Assembly: GCA_016219925.1 (NCBI GenBank)
Contig: JACRJU010000013.1
Span: 102,566-166,565, forward strand
Reading direction: 5' to 3'
DNA: 64,000 nt
Source: Candidatus Uhrbacteria bacterium
Lineage (GTDB): Bacteria; Patescibacteriota; Patescibacteriia; UBA9934; GWF2-40-263
Shown: piece after piece, positions 17,609 to 28,743 of the stretch
Layout: every line of letters starts with the position of its first letter
Numbering within the stretch: the first letter of the stretch is position 1
Position numbers and translations under genes: made by a program
Notes under the pieces: generated by a model
The model's database searches: none
What the model saw: the letters and a program-made list of their open reading frames with translations, nothing else
What the model was told of the DNA's origin: nothing

Positions 17609-18979
17609 ATGAAATTGTCTTTTCATGGAGCCGTTCGCGAGGTGACAGGATCGTGCATGCACCTCAAGGTGAAAGATACCGCGGGCGTAGAACACCGGTA
17701 TCTTTTTGATTGCGGGATGTTTCAAGGTGAGCATTTGTGCGGCGATAAAAACATGCGGCCGTTTGCTTTTGATCCCAAACACGTTGAAGCGGTTTTTGTG
17801 ACACACCCGCACGCAGACCACAATGGTCGGTTGCCTAAATTGATTAAAGAAGGATTTGCCGGACCAATTTATATGACCCCGCCTTGCACAGCGCTCTCGA
17901 GGCTCGTGTTGGAAGACGCTCATCACATCATGGCCGAGGAAGCGGAGAAATGCGGAAGTTCCGTGCTATATGAATTGGCGGACCTTTTGGGAACGTTTGA
18001 TCGCGTCAAAACCGTCGGCTATCACGAAGAGGTTGCGCCGGCGCCCGGCATCAAGATTTATTTTCATGAAGCGGGCCATGTGCTCGGCTCGGCCTATATC
18101 TCCGTTGAAGCAGAAGGCAAGCGGGTGATTTTTTCGGGAGACATTGGTAACGATGATGTGCCGATTCTTCCGCAGACCGAGGCGATCTCGCGCGCGGATG
18201 TCGTCGTGTGTGAATCCACCTATGGACATCGCGTCCACGAACCGATCGCCGAGCGCGAAACCAAACTGCGCGGTGCGCTTGAAGAAGTCATGACGAACAA
18301 AGGGGTTCTGCTCATTCCGGCGTTTTCCATTGAGCGCACACAAGAACTTCTTTACGCCTTGGATCGCCTGCTTGAGCATGAACTCAAGACAACCATGCCC
18401 ATTTTTCTTGATAGCCCGATGGCCATCAAAGCGACACAAGTGTATCGCGATTTCAAAGAGTACTTGCGGTTTGACTCGCCTATTTTGCAGGAGGCGGATC
18501 GTGATTTTTTCAGCTTCAAAAATTTGCGCGAAACGCTTACGGTTGAAGAATCCAAAGCCATTAACAATGTGCCCGCGCCTAAAGTGATTATCGCCGGTTC
18601 TGGCATGATGTCAGGCGGGCGTATCATGCATCACCTCATTCGTTATCTTCCCGATCCTTCCACGCGTCTGCTCATCATCGGTTATCAAGCCACCGGAACC
18701 ATTGGGCGCAAAATTTACGAGGGGGAAAAGCGCGTGCGTATTTTTGGCCAATCGGTTGAAGTGAAGGCAAAGACCGCCGCGATCGGTGCGTTTTCCGCGC
18801 ACGGCGATATGAACAAGCTCACACGCTGGCTGCATCCGGAATCCGGCAAAATTCCCACTGAAATTTTCCTCACACACGGGGACAGTGACGCGAAAGAAGT
18901 GTTTGCCACGCATTTGCGTCACGAGCTCGGCACGCAAGTCGTCATTCCAGAGTTCGAAAGCGAACATGAGATCTCGTGA
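17609..18979 (+). CDS. MBL-fold beta-CASP ribonuclease (RNase J / CPSF73-like metallo-hydrolase)
   Basis: The HPHADH metallo-beta-lactamase motif, with downstream D and H motifs and an RNA-metabolising beta-CASP layout. ATG at 17609. Confidence 0.7.
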   Translation: MKLSFHGAVREVTGSCMHLKVKDTAGVEHRYLFDCGMFQGEHLCGDKNMRPFAFDPKHVEAVFVTHPHADHNGRLPKLIKEGFAGPIYMTPPCTALSRLVLEDAHHIMAEEAEKCGSSVLYELADLLGTFDRVKTVGYHEEVAPAPGIKIYFHEAGHVLGSAYISVEAEGKRVIFSGDIGNDDVPILPQTEAISRADVVVCESTYGHRVHEPIAERETKLRGALEEVMTNKGVLLIPAFSIERTQELLYALDRLLEHELKTTMPIFLDSPMAIKATQVYRDFKEYLRFDSPILQEADRDFFSFKNLRETLTVEESKAINNVPAPKVIIAGSGMMSGGRIMHHLIRYLPDPSTRLLIIGYQATGTIGRKIYEGEKRVRIFGQSVEVKAKTAAIGAFSAHGDMNKLTRWLHPESGKIPTEIFLTHGDSDAKEVFATHLRHELGTQVVIPEFESEHEIS

Positions 18980-19002
18980 CAATCTTTTTGAGAAAGGATA
19001 GG

Positions 19003-20808
19003 ATGCTTTCGGCTATGTCACCGTCCCGCATCAGAAACTTTTGTATTATTGCTCACATCGATCATGGCAAGTCCACATTGTCTGACCGCTTATTGGAGAT
19101 GACCGGGACGGTCGACGCGCGCCATATGAAGGCGCAGATTTTAGATTCGATGGAACTCGAGCGCGAGAAAGGCATCACGATCAAGCTGGCGCCGGCGCGC
19201 ATGATGTATCGCGACATGGTGCTCAATCTCATTGATACGCCCGGACATGTTGATTTTACTTATGAAGTCAGTCGATCTTTGGCGGCAGTCGAAGGGGCAA
19301 TTTTGCTTGTGGATGCGACGCAAGGCATTCAGGCGCAGACGATCGGAAATTTGTATTTGGCGCTTGAGGAGGAGCTCGAGGTTATTCCGGTTCTGAACAA
19401 AATTGATTTACCAGCGGCAGATGTAGAAAAACGCACCCAGGAACTTGTTCAGCTTTTGGGATGCAAACCGGAAGAAATTTTGCGTGTGAGCGGGAAGACG
19501 GGGCAGGGCGTGGAGGTTTTGCTTGAGGCGATCGTTGAGCGCATTCCGCCGCCCTCGGGCCAACCCGAAGCACCTACGCGCGCGCTCATCTTCGATTCCT
19601 TTTATGATGATTACCGCGGCGTGATGGCATATGTGCGCGTGGTGGATGGCGCGTTAAAAAAAGGCGCGCGTGTGCATATGATCGCCACGGATAAGACACT
19701 TGAAGTCCTTGAGGTGGGCGCCGTGACCCCGGGAGGATTTAAAGCCTCGCCGGAGTTGGCGTGCGGACAGATTGGCTATGTGGTGACTGGTCTCAAAGAT
19801 ATTTCCGGTTGTCGCGTGGGAGATACCATCACCGAAGAAAACAAGCAGGCGAAAGTTGAGCCGCTGGCGGGATATAAAGAAGTGCGACCGATGGTGTATG
19901 CCGGTATTTTTCCAGAGCAAGGTGATGATTTTCATCGTCTGCGCGATGCCATCGAACGGCTCAAGCTTAACGATTCTGCGCTCAGATACGAGTCGGAACA
20001 TTCCCCGGCGCTCGGCTACGGTTTTCGCGTCGGGCTGTTGGGCATGTTGCATTTGGAAATTTTAAAGGAACGCTTGGAGCGAGAATTTGATCTTGCTCTG
20101 GTGGTTACGGTGCCATCGGTTGCTTACCGAGTTATTCTGCGTGCGGGCGGAATCGAAACGATTAAAAGCTCGCTTGATCTTCCCGACCCATCGTTTATTG
20201 AACACATCGAAGAGCCGTGGGTGAAAATTGATGTGGTGTGTCCTTCGGAATACATCGGGGCGGTGATGCAATTGGTGCAGGAACGGCGCGGGGTGTATCG
20301 CAATACGGAGTATCTGCTTGGCGATCGTGCGATTTTGCATTACGAGATTCCGCTCGCGATGATCATCGTTGATTTTTATGACAAGTTGAAGGGGGTCACG
20401 GCGGGGTACGCTTCCATGAATTACGAGGTGTTGGATTATCGCAACGCGGATGTCGTGCGCATGGATATTATGGTTGCGGAAGAATCGGTGGATGCGTTTG
20501 CCACGCTCGTGTATCGCGACGAGGCCGAGCGATCTGGGCGCCGTGTGCTCACCGTGCTCAAGGATACCATCCCACGAGAAAATTTTGTAATCAAACTGCA
20601 AGCAAGCGTGGGAGGAAAGGTCGTTGCCGCCGAGCGCATTTCGGCTCTGCGCAAAGACGTGACCGCCAAGCTCTACGGCGGAGACGTGACGCGCAAGCGC
20701 AAGTTGCTGGAAAAGCAGAAGAAAGGAAAAGCCAAAATGGCCGAGATTGGCCGCGGCCGCGTGAATATCCCCACAGATGCGTATTTGAAAGTATTAAAAC
20801 GAGAGTAA
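19003..20808 (+). CDS. lepA: translation elongation factor 4 (LepA)
   Basis: IRNFCIIAHIDHGKSTLSDR G1 motif, DTPGHVDF, NKID and a LepA-specific C-terminal domain. The SD-like AAGGATAGG lies 5 nt upstream of the ATG at 19003; the start could instead be at 19015. Confidence 0.9.
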   Translation: MLSAMSPSRIRNFCIIAHIDHGKSTLSDRLLEMTGTVDARHMKAQILDSMELEREKGITIKLAPARMMYRDMVLNLIDTPGHVDFTYEVSRSLAAVEGAILLVDATQGIQAQTIGNLYLALEEELEVIPVLNKIDLPAADVEKRTQELVQLLGCKPEEILRVSGKTGQGVEVLLEAIVERIPPPSGQPEAPTRALIFDSFYDDYRGVMAYVRVVDGALKKGARVHMIATDKTLEVLEVGAVTPGGFKASPELACGQIGYVVTGLKDISGCRVGDTITEENKQAKVEPLAGYKEVRPMVYAGIFPEQGDDFHRLRDAIERLKLNDSALRYESEHSPALGYGFRVGLLGMLHLEILKERLEREFDLALVVTVPSVAYRVILRAGGIETIKSSLDLPDPSFIEHIEEPWVKIDVVCPSEYIGAVMQLVQERRGVYRNTEYLLGDRAILHYEIPLAMIIVDFYDKLKGVTAGYASMNYEVLDYRNADVVRMDIMVAEESVDAFATLVYRDEAERSGRRVLTVLKDTIPRENFVIKLQASVGGKVVAAERISALRKDVTAKLYGGDVTRKRKLLEKQKKGKAKMAEIGRGRVNIPTDAYLKVLKRE

Positions 20809-20818
20809 AACAAGCCCG

Positions 20819-20855
20819 CCGTCCGTCATCCTCCATTTGACAGACGGTATTTTTT
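20819..20855 (+). terminator. rho-independent terminator after lepA
   Basis: ccgtccgtca-tcctccatt-tgacagacgg stem with one mismatch, followed by TATTTTTT. Confidence 0.5.
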
Positions 20856-20898
20856 CCTGCAAAAAGGTTCTTGGGTAACCCCACTTCTGGAGGAGATC

Positions 20899-22833
<1,935 letters not shown>

Positions 22834-22851
<18 letters not shown>

Positions 22852-22870
22852 GCTGGGCTTTTTTATTTTA
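22834..22870 (+). terminator. rho-independent terminator overlapping the acs stop codon
   Basis: gcccagc-cttcttcgtga-gctgggc followed by TTTTTTATTTT. Confidence 0.6.
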
Positions 22871-22917
22871 AAAAGGCTCTGTGTGCAGAGGGTTCTCAAG
22901 TGCGCTATACTCTTTTT

Positions 22918-23010
22918 ATGAAAAAGAAAGCCTTTCGCACTTTTTGGATGGTGATTGCCATCCTCGTTATTCTTTCGATGGTGATGTTTATGTTTCAGTT
23001 GGGGTACTAA
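22918..23010 (+). CDS. putative 30-aa hydrophobic peptide (MKKKAFRTFWMVIAILVILSMVMFMFQLGY)
   Basis: An ATG 7 nt downstream of a TATACT -10-like hexamer, encoding a single predicted TM helix. It ends (TAA at 23008) immediately before an AAGGAG at 23012-23017 in the recJ upstream region. Below the ORF-track size cutoff; speculative. Confidence 0.2.
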   Translation: MKKKAFRTFWMVIAILVILSMVMFMFQLGY

Positions 23011-23098
23011 GAAGGAGCTTCTGTCCAAACACTGGCACTTCAACGCCCTCATCGACGATGCCATTCGTCAACAATTCCCGGAGATCCATCCGGTTCTT

Positions 23099-24799
23099 TT
23101 GCAGTTGCTTTATAATCGGGGCGTGCGCACGCAGGAAGACATAGATGTCTTTCTGTGTCCGGATTGGAGCCGGGATATTTTTCCGTCTGGAGCGTTCATA
23201 CACATGGACGAAGCGGTCGCTCGCGTGATGCGAGCTCTTGAGAGCGGGGAAGTCATCACGGTTCATGGCGATTATGATGCGGATGGCGTGTGTGGATCGA
23301 CGGTATTGATGACAACGCTTCGCGACATCTGTCGTGCGCTTCATTTTGATGAACACAAGACCACCTCCTACATCCCGCATCGAGAGAAGGAAGGGTATGG
23401 ATTGTCCATTGCGACCATGGAGCATTTGTCTGAACACGAAAAGTCGTCACTTGTGATCACAGTTGATTGTGGCATCAGCAACAAGCCAGCCATCGATCGT
23501 GGTCGCGAACTCGGTGTGGATACGATCGTGTGCGATCATCACACCATGCCAGAACAGCTTCCCGAGCAAGCGATTTTGATTCACCCGCTCGTGCCGGGCG
23601 AGACCTATCCGAATAAACAGTTGTGTGGCACGGGTGTTGCGTTCAAGCTTGCCTGTGCGTTATATGATGCGGCGCGCGCGCGAGGCGCGCAGATTGTTGA
23701 GGGGCATGAAAAATGGTTGCTTGATTTGGTGGCGATCGCAACCGTTACGGACATCATGCCTTTGCTTGGAGAAAATCGCGCGCTTGAGTTGTTCGGTCTT
23801 TGTGTGCTCAATAAGACGCGTCGCGTGGGTTTGCGAAAGTTAATTGAAGTCGCTGGAGCAAAGTGGGGAGAACTCGACACGGTGGCGATTGGCTTTGTGA
23901 TTGGTCCGCGTCTCAATGCCGCGGGGCGGATGAATCATGCCAGCGAAGCGCTTGAACTGTTGATCGAAGAGGATGAAATACATGCAACTGAGATGGCTTT
24001 GCGTCTGCATGAGACGAATAGTGAGCGCCAAAAAGTTTCAAAAAAGATGTATGAGGAAGCACGCGTCATCCTAAGCGAAGTGAAGGATCCCAAGTCCTCA
24101 AATCTATTGATCGTGGTCTCCGATTCCTGGTCTCCCGGCCTTGTGGGCCTTGTTGCCAGCCGGCTTGTGAATGAATACAACCGTCCGGTGTATGTGATCG
24201 GTAAATATGAGGATGTGTATATTGGATCCGGCCGTACGGTCGGAACGTTTGATGTGACCGCGGCTCTGCGTTCAGCTTCTGCTTATTTGGAAAAATTTGG
24301 TGGACATCCGCAGGCGTGTGGGTTTTCTATTCGAGGTGAGGAGAATTTGGCGCGCGCGATCGAGGCCTTTCAGGTTTTTGCTGACGCTTTGATCACGCCT
24401 GACGATTTGGTTTCAACTCTTTCTTGCGAAGCGGAGCTTGTTCTTGAAGAGGTGAATTGGGAATTGTTTGATGCGATTGAGCAGATGCGTCCATTTGGAC
24501 GAGGAAATGAGGAGCCACTCTTCTGTGCGCGTGGGCTCTCGGTTGTTTCGTTCACGACCGTTGGAAGTGATGGCAAACATTTGAAACTGATGGTTCGTTC
24601 GCCCGGCGGCCGCATACTCCCCGCGATTGCTTTTGGATTCGGTCATCTGGCCGAGTCGCTAAACTTATTGCCCGAGCCTGTCGAGGGCTGCACGAGCAAT
24701 AAGATTGATCTCGCCTTCTACATCCGCGTCAACGAGTGGAACGGCAACCGCGAGTTGCAGTTGTTTGTGGAGGATATTCGGCTCGTTGTGCTATCATAA
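23099..24799 (+). CDS. recJ: single-stranded-DNA-specific exonuclease RecJ (DHH/DHHA1)
   Basis: GDYDADGV, DCGIS and DHH family motifs, then DHHA1 (GGHPQACGF) and a C-terminal OB-like domain. The ORF-track start at 23099 is TTG. The reading frame is open back to 22985 and encodes a conserved RecJ N-terminal region (HPVLLQLLYNRGV) with no canonical start codon, so the true start is uncertain. Confidence 0.75.
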   Translation: MQLLYNRGVRTQEDIDVFLCPDWSRDIFPSGAFIHMDEAVARVMRALESGEVITVHGDYDADGVCGSTVLMTTLRDICRALHFDEHKTTSYIPHREKEGYGLSIATMEHLSEHEKSSLVITVDCGISNKPAIDRGRELGVDTIVCDHHTMPEQLPEQAILIHPLVPGETYPNKQLCGTGVAFKLACALYDAARARGAQIVEGHEKWLLDLVAIATVTDIMPLLGENRALELFGLCVLNKTRRVGLRKLIEVAGAKWGELDTVAIGFVIGPRLNAAGRMNHASEALELLIEEDEIHATEMALRLHETNSERQKVSKKMYEEARVILSEVKDPKSSNLLIVVSDSWSPGLVGLVASRLVNEYNRPVYVIGKYEDVYIGSGRTVGTFDVTAALRSASAYLEKFGGHPQACGFSIRGEENLARAIEAFQVFADALITPDDLVSTLSCEAELVLEEVNWELFDAIEQMRPFGRGNEEPLFCARGLSVVSFTTVGSDGKHLKLMVRSPGGRILPAIAFGFGHLAESLNLLPEPVEGCTSNKIDLAFYIRVNEWNGNRELQLFVEDIRLVVLS

Positions 24800-24807
24800 C
24801 GCCACGT

Positions 24808-25392
24808 ATGAAAAAATTAATTCTGGCTTCCACATCGCCGCGGCGCAAAGAATTAATGGAATTGATGCGATTGCCGTTTGAGGCGGTCGCGAGTGATTAT
24901 GAGGAGGATATGACGCTTGATCTTCCTGTACAGGAACTGGTTCAGCATCTGGCTTTAGGCAAGGCACAAGCTGTTGTCTCGCGCTATAAGGAAGCTTTGG
25001 TGATCGGGGGAGATACCATTGTCGTGTTGGATGAGCATCGGCTTGGCAAGCCGCACACATCGGAGCGCGCCCGCGAAATGTTGGCCCTTCTGCGCGGCCG
25101 CACCCATCAAGTCATGACCGGTCATGCCGTCATTGACACGGCGACCGGAAAAACCAAGACAGCCGTTTCTATTTCGGACGTGACGTTTTCGGCCTACACT
25201 GACGAACAGATCGATGCGTATGTCTGTACGGGAGAGCCGCTGGATCGTGCGGGTGCTTATGCCATTCAAGGTCTGGCTTCGTTGTTCACCCAGGAGATCA
25301 AAGGCGACTATTTCGGCGTTCTTGGCCTTTCGGTTGTGACCCTCGCGCGTTTGCTTGGCGAATTCGGCGTGGATGTATGGAACAATATATGA
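24808..25392 (+). CDS. maf: Maf-like nucleoside triphosphate pyrophosphatase (septum formation protein Maf)
   Basis: LILASTSPRRKELM N-terminus, GGDTIV, and AGAYAIQG near the C-terminus. Confidence 0.8.
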   Translation: MKKLILASTSPRRKELMELMRLPFEAVASDYEEDMTLDLPVQELVQHLALGKAQAVVSRYKEALVIGGDTIVVLDEHRLGKPHTSERAREMLALLRGRTHQVMTGHAVIDTATGKTKTAVSISDVTFSAYTDEQIDAYVCTGEPLDRAGAYAIQGLASLFTQEIKGDYFGVLGLSVVTLARLLGEFGVDVWNNI

Positions 25393-26588
25393 CGGGATTT
25401 TTCACCTTCAACATTTTTCTCTTGGTCGGCGGAACGCTTTTGTTCACGTTGATCTTTGGAAGATTCATGGAAAAAATCCGCGTGCCATGGGTATTCGCGG
25501 CCCTTCTGCTTGGTGCCATCTTTGCCGCCTTCGGCCCATCGTTTGTCTTGCTTACTTCCTCGAGCACATTCACATTTTTGGCCGAGATCGGCATGTATCT
25601 GTTGTTATTTTTGATCGGGCTTGAACTTAATGTGGATCAGATGCGCAAACGCCTTGGGTTCATCTTGCCGGCGACCTGCATCATCATCCTTTCTGAAGGG
25701 GCCATCGGGGCTTTGGTGGTGCACGCCGTGTTTGGGTATTCATGGATTCTTTCATTTCTAGTGGCGCTTTCGTTTGCCACGGTTGGGGAGGAGATTCTCA
25801 TCCCGATTTTGCAAGAATTCAACATGGTCAATAGCGCTTTGGGTCAGCTCATCATTGGTATTGGCACGGTCGATGACGGTTTTGAAATTATTCTACTGGC
25901 TTTCGTGAGCCTGCTCATCGGGACCTGGGCGCGAGCGGACATCTGGATTGTGCTTGGAAGTTTGGCGGCCATGTTTTTGTTGCTTGCGCTTTTATTGCGA
26001 TTACGCACGAGACCTCAGCAATTTCGATTTAAACGCATTGAGACACTCTTTCCGTTTGTCCTTGCTCTCTTTTTTGTTTTCATCGGAGTGGGTTCATTCG
26101 CACAAGCCGCGCCTCTGGGTGCCATCATGGCCGGGATCGGGGTGCGACTTTTTTTGCCAACCGCACGTCGCGAAATGATCGAGAGCGAAATCAAATCCAT
26201 GGCGTATGGGTTTTTCGCTCCGTTGTTTTTCGTCTGGGTCGGTGCTCAACTCGATATCCATTATCTCTTTTCTTCCCCACTCATCGTCGTGCTTATCATG
26301 ATTATTTCCAGCGGGACCAAAATGCTCGTCAGTCTATTGGTCGGTTCCCGCCAGCTTGGTCTGCGCGGAGCGACTCTGCTAGGTCTGGGTCTCTCTGTTC
26401 GGTTCAGCACCAGTATTATCATTATCAAAGTGCTGTTTGATCACCGCCTTATCGGCGCGGATGTGTATAGCGTGATCGTGGCTTCGAGTATCGTGTTTCA
26501 ATTTGTGATTCCGGTTGTGTTCGCCCGACTCATGGCGAAATGGGGAACTCATCCCCGATTCGCGCGCGTCATCACACCATTAACCTAG
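25377..26588 (+). CDS. cation:proton antiporter (Na+/H+ exchanger family, CPA-type)
   Basis: 403 aa with about 11 TM helices and the glycine-rich segments typical of the sodium/hydrogen exchanger family. Confidence 0.65.
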   Translation: MEQYMTGFFTFNIFLLVGGTLLFTLIFGRFMEKIRVPWVFAALLLGAIFAAFGPSFVLLTSSSTFTFLAEIGMYLLLFLIGLELNVDQMRKRLGFILPATCIIILSEGAIGALVVHAVFGYSWILSFLVALSFATVGEEILIPILQEFNMVNSALGQLIIGIGTVDDGFEIILLAFVSLLIGTWARADIWIVLGSLAAMFLLLALLLRLRTRPQQFRFKRIETLFPFVLALFFVFIGVGSFAQAAPLGAIMAGIGVRLFLPTARREMIESEIKSMAYGFFAPLFFVWVGAQLDIHYLFSSPLIVVLIMIISSGTKMLVSLLVGSRQLGLRGATLLGLGLSVRFSTSIIIIKVLFDHRLIGADVYSVIVASSIVFQFVIPVVFARLMAKWGTHPRFARVITPLT

Positions 26589-26591
26589 TCT

Positions 26592-27311
26592 ATGTCCACA
26601 TTGTGGTTCAAAAGAAAAACGTATGGTTTGGGATGGATGCCCGTAACGTGGCAAGGGTGGCTTGTTACCGCGGCTTTTGTCCTTCTTGTGGTTGGAGATT
26701 TTTTGCGCATTGACCGCGCTTCTCATTCCGTTTCGGATACGCTTATTTCCTTTGCCCCGCAGTTTATAGCTTTGTTGGCGTTACTGATCGGCATCTGTTT
26801 TCTTAAAGGTGAGACCCCCAAGTGGCAATGGGGGTCATCTAAACTTATCACGTTCGTTTGGTTTTTAGTCGTTTCTCATGCGGCCGGAGGGATCGGGGCT
26901 CTTTTTACCACCGCTGCCGTGAGTGGCTGGTATCGCACGCTTGTCAAGCCGACATTCAATCCACCCGCATCGGTGTTTGGTCCGGTCTGGTCATTGTTGT
27001 ATACCCTCATGGCGGTGAGCGCCTATATGGTTTGGCGCGCTCGTTCACCGGCATCCGACAAGAGTCGAGCCTTGCGAGTGTTTGGTCTTCAGCTCGTGCT
27101 TAATGCGTTGTGGTCTCCGATATTTTTCGGTCTTCATCGTCCGGATTTGGCTTTTGGGGTTTTGATGGCTCTCTGGTTTTCCATTATTTGGATGATCGTC
27201 GCGTTTGCGAAATGTTCCAAAGCCGCCGCTTGGCTGTTGGTTCCGTATGTCGCTTGGGTGACCTTTGCGCTTGTCTTAAATTTTTTTCTCTGGACGCTTA
27301 ATCCCTTATGA
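26592..27311 (+). CDS. TspO/MBR (tryptophan-rich sensory protein) family protein with an about 85-aa N-terminal membrane extension
   Basis: The C-terminal 150 aa carry the TspO hallmarks (GWYRTL.KP.FNPP, LNALWSPIFFGL, LLVPYVAWVTFA.LN). The N-terminus adds two hydrophobic helices. Confidence 0.65.
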   Translation: MSTLWFKRKTYGLGWMPVTWQGWLVTAAFVLLVVGDFLRIDRASHSVSDTLISFAPQFIALLALLIGICFLKGETPKWQWGSSKLITFVWFLVVSHAAGGIGALFTTAAVSGWYRTLVKPTFNPPASVFGPVWSLLYTLMAVSAYMVWRARSPASDKSRALRVFGLQLVLNALWSPIFFGLHRPDLAFGVLMALWFSIIWMIVAFAKCSKAAAWLLVPYVAWVTFALVLNFFLWTLNPL

Positions 27312-28393
27312 GGGATCAACTCAAACGTCTGCAACATTTTTTTGAAAAATACGAGCGAGTCCTTTTGCCGTTCATGTTGTTGTTTGGAGTTTCGACCGAT
27401 TACCTTGCGTTTAAGACTATTGATACTAACGTCGCTTTTTTGTGGCTGGGCTTGCATCTCATGCTCGCGCCGGTGGCTATTTTTTATATCAATCGATATG
27501 ACGCCGGGCTTGTCAGGATCCAAAATAAATTCACGTCCACCGCACGCATGTTCGCGCCGCTTCTTCTTCAGCTCTCCTTCGGCGCTCTGCTCAATGCGTC
27601 GTTTGTGTTTTATTGGTTCAGCGCATCGTTTTCCGTGAGTTGGCCGTTTTTTGTCGTGGTAGTCCTGCTTATGGTTTCAAATGATGTTTTTCGCCACTGG
27701 TTTGTCCGGCCGGCCGTGCAGATCGGAGTGTATTTCTTCGCCTGCTTTTCTGTGCTTGCTCTGATGATTCCGTATTTGGCGAATTCGATTGAAGCCCGCT
27801 GGTTTTATACGGCGGGGTTAGTCAGTGTTGTCGTGGTCGAGACTTTTGGATACGGGCTTTCTCGCTCCATAAAACCGGTGAAGCACTCCCATGTCTGGAT
27901 GCCACTCGCAGGGGTATTTATTGTTATGAACGGACTCTACTTTTTTAATCTCATCCCTCCCATTCCTCTTTCGTTGCGTGAAGCCGAGATCGCTCATCGG
28001 ATTGATCGCCTCGACGGCTCGTACCGCCTTGCGGTTGAACCGGAAAATTGGCTGGAACGATTTCTTCCCGGACAAACCATTCACGTGCGCCCGGGGGAAT
28101 CTGTTTATCTCTTTAGTTCTATATTCGCACCAGCCAAATTGAACACAAAGATTGTTCATCGTTGGCAGGTATTTGATAACGAGTCGCGTGCGTGGATTGA
28201 TAAGGATCAGTTGTCGTTTTACGTGAGTGGCGGGCGCGAAGAGGGGTATCGCGGCTATTCGCGTAAGTCGACGATTGTTCCGGGGAAATGGCGCGTGCGC
28301 ATCGAAACCGTGCGCGGCCAAGTGATTGGCATTGTTTCTGTGCGTATTATAAATGTTGATCAATCGCCTGTTTTTGTGGAAGAAGAGCATTAG
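27308..28393 (+). CDS. hypothetical polytopic membrane protein with a C-terminal soluble beta-rich domain
   Basis: 361 aa with about 6 TM helices, then a hydrophilic C-terminal 130 aa. ATG overlaps the TspO stop. Confidence 0.5.
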   Translation: MRDQLKRLQHFFEKYERVLLPFMLLFGVSTDYLAFKTIDTNVAFLWLGLHLMLAPVAIFYINRYDAGLVRIQNKFTSTARMFAPLLLQLSFGALLNASFVFYWFSASFSVSWPFFVVVVLLMVSNDVFRHWFVRPAVQIGVYFFACFSVLALMIPYLANSIEARWFYTAGLVSVVVVETFGYGLSRSIKPVKHSHVWMPLAGVFIVMNGLYFFNLIPPIPLSLREAEIAHRIDRLDGSYRLAVEPENWLERFLPGQTIHVRPGESVYLFSSIFAPAKLNTKIVHRWQVFDNESRAWIDKDQLSFYVSGGREEGYRGYSRKSTIVPGKWRVRIETVRGQVIGIVSVRIINVDQSPVFVEEEH

Positions 28394-28399
28394 CCATTC

Positions 28400-28452
28400 T
28401 TGACAAGATTGCTTGTCGATGGCAGAATCCAGCCGGGTTTGCAACAAGGAGG
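28400..28452 (+). promoter_or_regulatory. strong sigma70 promoter (TTGACA-17-CAGAAT) plus canonical SD AAGGAGG for the small GC-rich ORF
   Basis: TTGACA 28400-28405, CAGAAT 28423-28428, AAGGAGG 28446-28452, 7 nt before the ATG at 28460. Confidence 0.5.
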
Positions 28453-28459
28453 ATGACCC

Positions 28460-28699
28460 ATGCAGTTGCGTTACAACGATGCTTCGTTTACCAAGGCGCC
28501 GGAGGCGGCGCGCTTTCTTCTGCGACTTGAGAACCGTTGGACGAAATCCCGTTCCTTCGAAGGATGGATGACCGACGGCACGAGCGCGACCTTCACGCTC
28601 TTCCGCGACGCTGAACGTCCCGACCACGGGTACATCACCCTGGGTAGCTTCGAGCTCGAGAACACCAAGTTCGTCGTCACGATCGAAACCGACCCCTGA
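28460..28699 (+). CDS. hypothetical 79-aa protein (GC-rich, self-contained expression cassette)
   Basis: Perfect promoter and SD upstream, and a hairpin-plus-T-run terminator downstream (28700-28735). About 60% GC. No recognisable family. Confidence 0.45.
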   Translation: MQLRYNDASFTKAPEAARFLLRLENRWTKSRSFEGWMTDGTSATFTLFRDAERPDHGYITLGSFELENTKFVVTIETDP

Positions 28700-28743
28700 C
28701 CCGTCCTTCCAGCGGGTTCTTTTTTTTGCTAAAATTAAATTAT

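Noticed and set aside
28726-28743. ORF-track starts that are TTG rather than ATG (28726, 39973, 40846, 23099) and GTG (45899, 47729, 62066)
   Set aside because: The ORF track evidently allows alternative start codons. In each case a nearby in-frame ATG with better context was preferred, namely 28744, 39982, 40882, 45905, 47741 and 61979. recJ is the exception and is discussed as a finding.
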